56,876 bases of DNA from Trueperaceae bacterium (GTDB lineage: Bacteria > Deinococcota > Deinococci > Deinococcales > Trueperaceae). The DNA is taken from assembly GCA_035703635.1 (NCBI GenBank), contig DASSXV010000076.1, positions 1-56,876 on the forward strand. Reading direction: 5' to 3'. The notes beneath the pieces were generated by a model. It was given only the letters and a program-made list of their open reading frames with translations, ran no database searches and was not told the origin of the DNA. The translations under genes and the position numbers were made by a program. This document shows positions 48,556 to 56,876 of the stretch, one piece after another (within the stretch, counting starts at the first letter, position 1; each line of letters begins with the position of its first letter).

Positions 48556-49410
48556 GTGACTCCGCTTGCGCTTGCGCTGGTCGGCGGATCGGCGGTGCTG
48601 CACGCCACCTGGAACCTGCTCGCGAAACGCGCGCGCGGGGGCGCGGAGTTCGTGTGGCTGTTCGCGTGCCTCACGGTGCTCGTCTACGCGCCACTCGTCG
48701 TCGGTTACGTGTTGGTGGTGCGGCCGACGTTCACGTGGCAGCACGCGGCGCTTGCTGCGGGCTCGAGCGTGCTGCACGTCGGCTACTTCATCTGCTTGCA
48801 GCGCGGCTACCGCGTGGCTGACTTGTCGCTCGTGTACCCGACGGCGCGCGGCAGCGGCCCAGCCATCGCCACCCTGTTGGCCATCCTGCTCTTGGGTGAG
48901 CGGCCGGGGGTGCAGGCGCTGGCTGGCACGGCGCTGGTCGTGGCGAGCGTGTTCGTGTTGGCTGGAGGTAACGGCGGCCGTCCTGGCGCGCGCAGCGGGC
49001 TGCGCTACGGGCTTTTGACTGGCCTCTTCATCGGTTGCTACACGGTGTTCGACGGTTACGCCGTTGGTCACGCCGGCGCGGAGCCGCTGCTGTACACCTA
49101 CGCAGGCGAGTTGGGGCGCACGCTGCTCTTACTGCCGTTGGTAGCGCGGCGACTGCCGCAACTGCAGGTGGTGTGGCGAGCTCACCGGCGCGAAGCTTTC
49201 GGTATCGCGCTTCTCAGCCCACTCGCCTACCTGATGGTGCTGACTGCAATGCAGTTCACGCCTGTCAGCCTGGTGGCGCCGACGCGCGAGATCAGCATCC
49301 TGCTCGGCACCCTGCTCGGTGCGCGGCTACTAGCTGAAGGCGACACTCGGCGGCGCCTGACCGGCGCCGCCGGGATGGTCGTCGGTGTCACGCTGCTCGC
49401 GCTCGCGTGA
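48556..49410 (+). CDS. DMT/EamA family transporter
   Basis: SAVLHATWNLLAK, DLSLVYP.ARG.GP, V.P.RE.SIL.G; about 10 TMs. Confidence 0.88.
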   Translation: MTPLALALVGGSAVLHATWNLLAKRARGGAEFVWLFACLTVLVYAPLVVGYVLVVRPTFTWQHAALAAGSSVLHVGYFICLQRGYRVADLSLVYPTARGSGPAIATLLAILLLGERPGVQALAGTALVVASVFVLAGGNGGRPGARSGLRYGLLTGLFIGCYTVFDGYAVGHAGAEPLLYTYAGELGRTLLLLPLVARRLPQLQVVWRAHRREAFGIALLSPLAYLMVLTAMQFTPVSLVAPTREISILLGTLLGARLLAEGDTRRRLTGAAGMVVGVTLLALA

Positions 49411-49421
49411 CGCGAGCCGAC

Positions 49422-49607
49422 TCAGCGCTCAGTGCGGCGCTTGCGCCAGATGCGCGAGTGCGCCTTGACGGAGCTTGGCTGGTTGGCCCAATGGTGCTTG
49501 ACGCGCGGAGCTGGTTCGCCGTCGTGGTAGCCGGCGCGGCGCAGGTCGGCGGCGCTGCGGTTCGCGCCCGTGCGGTTGAAGGTGTTGAAGCCGGAGGTCG
49601 TGTACAT
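49422..49607 (-). CDS. Small basic hypothetical protein (61 aa)
   Basis: Strong SD AAAGGAG 7 nt before the ATG; lies in intergenic space behind its own promoter-like element. Confidence 0.6.
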   Translation of the reverse strand: MYTTSGFNTFNRTGANRSAADLRRAGYHDGEPAPRVKHHWANQPSSVKAHSRIWRKRRTER

Positions 49608-49763
49608 GCTGTATCTCCTTTGTTAGGGGGCGAGTGGCGGCACCAGGCCGCCTGATTAGTTGAGGCGCACTGTGCAGTGAGCCTGGCGAATGCGCACCCG
49701 CTTGCGCGGATCCGTGACCGAATTGGGTTGTCTGGTGGGCCGCGGGGAATTCCGCGCGGTTGC

Positions 49764-49823
49764 TTACCCGGGCGCTTGTTGAGGTGGGCGTGCGGGGCGT
49801 AGCCAGTCGGGTGTCGGGGCCAT
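49764..49823 (-). CDS. Putative 19-aa Pro-rich leader peptide MAPTPDWLRPARPPQQAPG
   Basis: GGGAG SD, ATG 49823, TAA 49766-49764; downstream of TGGACT-N18-TAGCAT (49875-49846). Confidence 0.35.
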   Translation of the reverse strand: MAPTPDWLRPARPPQQAPG

Positions 49824-49930
49824 GCGGCTCCCGAGTCGGATAGCTATGCTACCAGATCGGGGGAGGGTAAGTCCAGCCGCCGCACACGCAAGTTCTCGGC
49901 TAAGGTAGGGCACAGGCGGAGGAGGCTACG

Positions 49931-51211
49931 GTGCCACAGGGCCAGCAACGCGAGGTAGTGATCGTCAGCGCCGTTCGCACGCCGATCGGGCGGCTTGGCG
50001 GCGCCCTTGCCAGCGTGCGCCCAGATGACTTGGCGGCGGTGGTGCTGCGGGCCGCGATCGAGCGCGCAGGCATCGACGCGGATGAGGTCGAGGAGGTTTA
50101 CCTCGGCTGCGCCAACCAAGCGGGTGAGGACAATCGCAACGTGGCGCGCATGGCCACCCTCCTGGCGGGCCTGCCAGAGGCCACGCCCGCCGTTACCGTC
50201 AACCGCCTGTGCGCCAGCGGCCTTACCGCCGTGAACTTGGCTGCGCGCTCCATCCTCGCGGGCGAGGGTGACGTCTACGTCGTCGGCGGCGTCGAGAGCA
50301 TGACCCGCGCACCGTACGCCATGGCCAAGAACTCGCGGCCGTTCGGCCCACCAGGCAACCAGACCGCGTACGACACCACCCTAGGTTGGCGCTTCCCTAA
50401 CCCGCGTCTAGCGGAGCTGTACCCGCTCGAGGCCATGGGCGAGACAGCCGAGAACGTCTACGAGCTGAGCTGTGCCGGCGGCGTAGCCGGCGGGCCGATA
50501 ACGCGCGCGCAGCAGGACGCCTTCGCGCTGCGGAGCCACGCTCGTGCCGTGGAGGCCATGAACGCCGGGCGCTTCGCTAACGAGATCGTGCCAGTGGCGG
50601 TCGGCGTTGGCCGCGACCAGACGGCGCTAGTTGAGCGCGACGAGCACCCGCGCTACCGCGTCGTCGGCAACCGGCTCGAGCTCGCCACCGACCTAGCGTC
50701 CCTCGCCCGCCTCGAACCCGCCTTCCGAGCAGGCGGCAGCGTAACGGCAGGCAACGCATCCGGACTCAACGACGGCGCCGCCGCCCTGGTGCTCATGAGC
50801 GCCGAGCGGGCACGCGAGCGCGGCGTGACGCCGCTGGCGCGCTGGCTGGCTTCCGGCGCCAGCGGCGTTAGTCCGCGCCTAATGGGGCTTGGCCCGGTTA
50901 CGGCGACGCGCAAGGCGCTGCAGCGCGCAGGCCTAGGTGTGCAGGACCTCGACCTCATCGAGTTGAACGAGGCGTTCGCCGTTCAAGCCTTGGCCGTCAT
51001 GCACGAACTGCAGCTTGGCGAGGAGTTGGTGAACGTGAATGGCGGGGCCATAGCCCTCGGTCACCCGCTCGGCTGCTCGGGCGCGAGGATCCTCACCACC
51101 CTCCTTCATGAACTCAAGCGTCGGGGCGCCGCGGCGGGGCGCTACGGGCTCGCTACCCTTTGTGTTGGAGTCGGCCAGGGCGAGGCAACGGTGATCGAGG
51201 CGCTGCATTAG
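49931..51211 (+). CDS. Thiolase (acetyl-CoA C-acyltransferase, PaaJ/PcaF-like)
   Basis: [67 protein letters not shown]. Confidence 0.95.
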   Translation: MPQGQQREVVIVSAVRTPIGRLGGALASVRPDDLAAVVLRAAIERAGIDADEVEEVYLGCANQAGEDNRNVARMATLLAGLPEATPAVTVNRLCASGLTAVNLAARSILAGEGDVYVVGGVESMTRAPYAMAKNSRPFGPPGNQTAYDTTLGWRFPNPRLAELYPLEAMGETAENVYELSCAGGVAGGPITRAQQDAFALRSHARAVEAMNAGRFANEIVPVAVGVGRDQTALVERDEHPRYRVVGNRLELATDLASLARLEPAFRAGGSVTAGNASGLNDGAAALVLMSAERARERGVTPLARWLASGASGVSPRLMGLGPVTATRKALQRAGLGVQDLDLIELNEAFAVQALAVMHELQLGEELVNVNGGAIALGHPLGCSGARILTTLLHELKRRGAAAGRYGLATLCVGVGQGEATVIEALH

Positions 51212-51294
51212 CGGAGGCCGAGCAGCGCTTCGCTGCGCACGGCCGACAAGAGTACTTCACACCACGCGGCCCGCCAGAACCCTAGCCTTGCTGG

Positions 51295-54009
51295 ATGGCG
51301 CCACGCTATCTCCTCAGGTCTGCCCTGCTGTTCTTCTGCCTCGTCGGCCTATCTGCATGCGGGTTCGCGCCGGGCGGCCAGGCGCACGGCTGTTCTGGCA
51401 GCGCATGTTGCCGCCACGATCACGCGCGGCCAGCCGCGCTCGGCGCCCTTGGCGCCACGCTTCCCACCACCCTGCACCCGACTGCGAGCGCACCGGTCCC
51501 CACCCCAACGAGGCGTTGGTCGGACGCCGCGGGCTGGCCAGGCGGCGAGGTCCCCGCCGCGAACGCCGTGGTGACGATCCTCGCTGGCGAAGTCGTACTC
51601 CTCGACGTCTCGCCGCCGCCTCTTGGCGGGCTGACGATCGCGGGTGGGCTCGTGTTCGACCGCAGCGATCTCGAGCTGACCGCAGACCACATCCTGGTAA
51701 CTGGTGGGCTCTACATCGGCTCGGAGCAGGAACCGTTCGCGGAGCGCGCGGTCATCACCCTCACGGGCGACAAGGCGCCTGACGACGGCTGCCTCGGCGG
51801 CAACTACCTGGCGCTGCTGGACGGCACACTGGAGCTGTACGGCGACCCTAGGGGGTCGAGTTGGACGCGCCTGGCTGCCGACGCGGCGGCGGGAGACGAC
51901 CACATCGTCGTAGACGACGTGACCGGTTGGCGCGTTGGCGACCTGCTCGCCCTCGCCTCGACCGACTATTACGCGGCCGACTACTCCACAAACACCGTTT
52001 ACGACAAGCAAGTCGAGCAACGCGGCGTGACCGGCATCGAGGGCAACCGCCTCTACCTCGACGCTCCCCTCGCCTACGCGCATCACGGAACCGCGCAGAC
52101 GTTCGCTGCTGGCAGTGGCAAGGCGAACACGGTGTTGCAGTCGCGCGCAGAAGTCGCGCGCCTCACGCGCAACGTAACGGTGCAAGGCAGCCGAGAAACT
52201 GCCGACCCAAGTAGCAGCAACTACCGGTTCGGCGGCCAGGTCATGGCCATGGGGCAAAGTCGCGTGAGGCTCGACTCGATCGAGTTGACGCGCATGGGCC
52301 AAGCGGGAATCTTGCTGCGCTACCCCGTCCACTGGCACCTGATGGGCAACGCTGGCGAGGGCAGCTTCGTGCGCAACTCCAGCCTGCATGGGCTGTACAA
52401 CCGCTGCATCACGATCCACGGCACCAACGGCGTGCTGCTCGACGGCAACGCCGCCCACGACACGTTCGGGCACTGCTACTTCCTCGAGGACGGCGCGGAG
52501 ACGGGCAACGTGCTGCGCGGCAACCTGGCGTTGCAGGTGCGTTCGCCTGCCGCCGCCGACGCGCTCTTGCCAACGGACAGCGGTCACATGGGCCCGGCCG
52601 CGTTCTGGATAACCAACCCAGCCAACTACCTGATCGGTAACGTCGCCGCCTCCTCACAAGGTTCGGGCTTCTGGTACTCGTTGCCTGAGCACCCGACGGG
52701 CCCGTCCTACGCCATGTTCGACGGCGCCAACATCTGGCCGCGCAGGACGCCCCTTGGCATGTTCGCGGACAACGTCGCGCACTCCAACAACGACGACGGC
52801 CTGCACGTCGACCGCGGGCCGCGCGCCGGCAGCCTGAGGGCCGAAACGGCGTCATACACCCCGCGCGTCAACCCGGCGGACCGCGACTCCGCGCCCGTGC
52901 AGGCGGAGTTCACGGGCTTCGTGGCGTACAAGCAGCGCAACGCCGGCGCTTGGTTCCGCGGTGACTCGACCGTCTTGCGCTCCGCGCTGCTCGTCGATAA
53001 CGCCGTTGGCGTAACGTTCGCGTCCCGCTCGTCCGGTCTGGCAGACAGCGTGATCGTTGGTGAGAGCTCCAACCTCGGCACGCCGGAGAGCTGGGAGCCC
53101 GTCGGTGCTGACGGCCGCACGCTGCCGAAGCCGTGGGACCCGGATGTGGCCATCCGCGGTTTCGAGTTCTACGACGGCCCCGTGTACGTGACCAACACGC
53201 ACTTCGAGGCGTTCGTGCCTAACGGGTTGCGCCAAGCCGCTGGCATCAGCGTGCTCGATTACACGAGCTTCTCGCTGAGCCCGCTCTCCTACGCCTCCGG
53301 CCTCTCGTTCGGTAGCGCCACGAACCGCGTGTGGCTCGAGACGCGCGACATGGCCACGTACGACGCAGCCACGACCGACTCGGGCGAGGACGGCTACCGC
53401 AGCGCCGTGTTCTTAGACCAGGACGGCAGCGTGACGGGCACGGCCGGGCGTTACGTGACCGTCATGAACCCCGTGTTGGCAGCGGCTAGCTGCACTTACC
53501 GCGCCGCGTGGAACGCCAACGTGTGCGACGGCCGCTACGCGAGCCTGACGCTGTCTGACGATGGCGCTACGGGGCAGGGCTTCGCTCCTCTGAACCTGAG
53601 GCGCGGCAACGAGGCGACGACGCACGCCATGTACGGCAGCCCTAACGGCGGGCCAGCGGAACCTAACCGCCATTACCGCAGCATCATCCGCCTAGGCTCC
53701 GAGTACGCGTACGAGCACACGCGCGGCACTCCGGCGGAGTTCAGCATCGGCTTGGGTGAGGTGAAGGCCGGGGATCGGCTCGTGGTTAGCGTCCCTTACC
53801 GCGGGGTGGAGAGCCCTGCGATCTACCGCGACTGGTGGATCGACTCACGCAGCCTCCTACCGCCTTACGGCAGCGTGGCCTCGTTGCGCACAGGCACCGA
53901 GACCGGCTACTACCTGGACGCTGGCTCGGGCCACCTCTACCTACTGTTGATGGTGCAGCCAGGTCGCGATTACGCGCGCGTGACGGTCTGCCAAACGCCA
54001 GGCTGCTGA
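51295..54009 (+). CDS. G8-domain / parallel beta-helix lipoprotein (CEMIP/TMEM2/fibrocystin-like)
   Basis: Lipobox LSAC; G8-like WS...W..G.VP, SWTRLA, RAEV..LTRNV, MGQ.G.L.RYP.HWH, RC.TIHGT, GHCYFLEDG.E.GN, FWITNP.N, F..NVAHSN, GFEFYDGP. Confidence 0.85.
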   Translation: MAPRYLLRSALLFFCLVGLSACGFAPGGQAHGCSGSACCRHDHARPAALGALGATLPTTLHPTASAPVPTPTRRWSDAAGWPGGEVPAANAVVTILAGEVVLLDVSPPPLGGLTIAGGLVFDRSDLELTADHILVTGGLYIGSEQEPFAERAVITLTGDKAPDDGCLGGNYLALLDGTLELYGDPRGSSWTRLAADAAAGDDHIVVDDVTGWRVGDLLALASTDYYAADYSTNTVYDKQVEQRGVTGIEGNRLYLDAPLAYAHHGTAQTFAAGSGKANTVLQSRAEVARLTRNVTVQGSRETADPSSSNYRFGGQVMAMGQSRVRLDSIELTRMGQAGILLRYPVHWHLMGNAGEGSFVRNSSLHGLYNRCITIHGTNGVLLDGNAAHDTFGHCYFLEDGAETGNVLRGNLALQVRSPAAADALLPTDSGHMGPAAFWITNPANYLIGNVAASSQGSGFWYSLPEHPTGPSYAMFDGANIWPRRTPLGMFADNVAHSNNDDGLHVDRGPRAGSLRAETASYTPRVNPADRDSAPVQAEFTGFVAYKQRNAGAWFRGDSTVLRSALLVDNAVGVTFASRSSGLADSVIVGESSNLGTPESWEPVGADGRTLPKPWDPDVAIRGFEFYDGPVYVTNTHFEAFVPNGLRQAAGISVLDYTSFSLSPLSYASGLSFGSATNRVWLETRDMATYDAATTDSGEDGYRSAVFLDQDGSVTGTAGRYVTVMNPVLAAASCTYRAAWNANVCDGRYASLTLSDDGATGQGFAPLNLRRGNEATTHAMYGSPNGGPAEPNRHYRSIIRLGSEYAYEHTRGTPAEFSIGLGEVKAGDRLVVSVPYRGVESPAIYRDWWIDSRSLLPPYGSVASLRTGTETGYYLDAGSGHLYLLLMVQPGRDYARVTVCQTPGC

Positions 54010-54018
54010 AGCGCGTGG

Positions 54019-54456
54019 CTAGCGTTGGCTACTTGGCGCGTCTTGGTCGAGGAGACGTGCGCCTTCCTCGTCTGTCGCGACCTGCTGTAGCCGGCGCCTG
54101 AGGTGGCCGCGTCGTTCCGGACTGCGCAGCGCCTGCTCGTCGAGGCGCTCCATGAACACGAGCAGCAACTCGAAATGCTCACGCGCGAACGTGCTGCGCA
54201 GCACGTGCAGGTCGAACTCGAGGGCGTCATCCAACGCGGTCACGACTTGGAGTACCGCGTCGCGGTCGCCCTTCAGGAGCACCATGGCCACGTCGCTGGC
54301 GCGGCGCCCCTCACCGAAGCTGACACGCACGCCGTTGCGCAGCGCCTTCTGCAGGATGAGCGCCTGCGCGGTGAGGATGCGCCCTTGCAGGTCGTCGGGT
54401 GCTGGCAGCTTGGGTGCTCGCGGCTGACGCCTGGGATCGGAGTCGGCTGCTACCAC
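54019..54456 (-). CDS. Hypothetical protein
   Basis: GTG start 2 nt after the proS stop; helical amphipathic sequence; no recognised motif. Confidence 0.55.
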   Translation of the reverse strand: MVAADSDPRRQPRAPKLPAPDDLQGRILTAQALILQKALRNGVRVSFGEGRRASDVAMVLLKGDRDAVLQVVTALDDALEFDLHVLRSTFAREHFELLLVFMERLDEQALRSPERRGHLRRRLQQVATDEEGARLLDQDAPSSQR

Positions 54457-54458
54457 CT

Positions 54459-55958
<1,500 letters not shown>

Positions 55959-56876
55959 CTACGTGATCACTAGCGGCAGGTCGGTGAGCTCGATGACCTC
56001 GTCGAGCACGCCGCCAAGGAACTCCTCGAGCCACACCGGGCCGGAATGGCTGCCGAGGAAGAGGGCGTCGCAGCCGCGCTCGCGCGCCACGCGCGTGATC
56101 GCCTTGGCGATGGGGCCGTTGGCGCTGACGAGCTCGGCCGTGACGCCGAGTTCAGCCAAGTACGCGCCTGCACGTCCGAGGGGGCCAGCCGCGCTTGACG
56201 CGGGGACCGCCGACGGCTGACCGTCACCACCCGCCGCCCTGCGCTCGACGTACACGATGACAGGCGAGAGACCCCAGCGCAGCGCGAGGTAAGCGAGGGC
56301 GAACAGCGCCTCCTCCGACTTCGTCCCGCCGTCGTATGCGAGGAGCGGCCGCTGGAACCGCGGCTCGGCGTTGCCAACGATCAGGAGCGGTTTCGGGCAG
56401 CGCCGCATGAGGCTGCGGAGCCGAGCGTCGACCTCGCGGCCGCCGGTGAAATGCGCGGCGATCACCAAGTCGACGTAACGCGCCCGCTCACGCACCTCAG
56501 TTACGAGGTCGTGCGCCGCCCGCGCGAACTGGCCCGTCACCCCCGCCTTGAGACACGCCTCCTCGAGCCGCGCCCAGGCCGAATCGGGACTCAGCTCGCG
56601 CGTGTTGTTGGCGTCCGCCAGAGCCTTGGCGAGCGGGTCGTTAGTGGCCGTCGGCTTCGGGGCCCAGAGGGCGAACACGCGCGCGCCTTCCCTAGCCGCG
56701 AACGCCACGCCCGTGCGCACTACCACCGCGTCGCTGCTCGCGCCCGTGAGGATGAGCAGCACGCTGTCTGCTAGCACGCGCGCGGTGGCGTCCTTCAGTT
56801 CCGCCGCGCGTTCGTCCACGCTGCCCGGCCGGGTGCGCGCCAGGCCTTCGGCTAGTTGTGCGCCGTCCAGCTCCCA
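55959..56876 (-). CDS. Universal stress protein domain protein, 5'-partial (runs off the window)
   Basis: Two USP-like modules (LMRRCPKPLLIV; LLAYDG...SEEAL; FLGSH....EFLGGV.DEV....DLPLVI); frame open to the window end. Confidence 0.75.
   Translation of the reverse strand, partial: WELDGAQLAEGLARTRPGSVDERAAELKDATARVLADSVLLILTGASSDAVVVRTGVAFAAREGARVFALWAPKPTATNDPLAKALADANNTRELSPDSAWARLEEACLKAGVTGQFARAAHDLVTEVRERARYVDLVIAAHFTGGREVDARLRSLMRRCPKPLLIVGNAEPRFQRPLLAYDGGTKSEEALFALAYLALRWGLSPVIVYVERRAAGGDGQPSAVPASSAAGPLGRAGAYLAELGVTAELVSANGPIAKAITRVARERGCDALFLGSHSGPVWLEEFLGGVLDEVIELTDLPLVIT

Overview
A GC-rich bacterial chromosome segment, most likely Deinococcota and Truepera-like. This is inferred from a Thermus-type archaeal/eukaryote-like ProRS, pervasive TANNNT-N5-8-start leaderless promoters and a Thermus-type FadR box. 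Left to right: an AAA_14/DUF4143 ATPase preceded by three 23-bp-phased direct repeats; a TipA/Mta-type MerR regulator with its 19-bp-spacer promoter; cysQ; a ~17 kb surface-glycan locus (Wzx, PP-loop enzyme, pyruvyl transferase, Wzy-like protein, three GT4s, an O-antigen-ligase-like protein, a 1027-aa ligase::WbaP fusion, cis-prenyltransferase, ManC and a further GT4); VOC/PhnB, aldehyde dehydrogenase, a VapBC-type TA pair and a methyltransferase; pyrR-pyrB-(ABC exporter)-pyrC with two PyrR RNA sites; Crp/Fnr, SCO, PAS/GAF/HD-GYP and a FadF-like Fe-S protein; a stand-alone ~170-nt structured RNA/sORF with an extreme Shine-Dalgarno sequence; then bioY, a thioesterase, a VWA repeat protein, tkt, coaE, a CCA-adding enzyme, ribH, galE, ilvE, a DMT transporter, a small basic protein behind a uORF leader, a thiolase, a G8-domain lipoprotein, proS and a partial USP protein. 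No tRNA, rRNA, CRISPR array or transposase was recognised. The best novelty candidates are the unannotated structured RNA at ~35467-35636 and the ligase::priming-transferase fusion glycosylation system. All calls come from reading motifs by eye; no searches were run.
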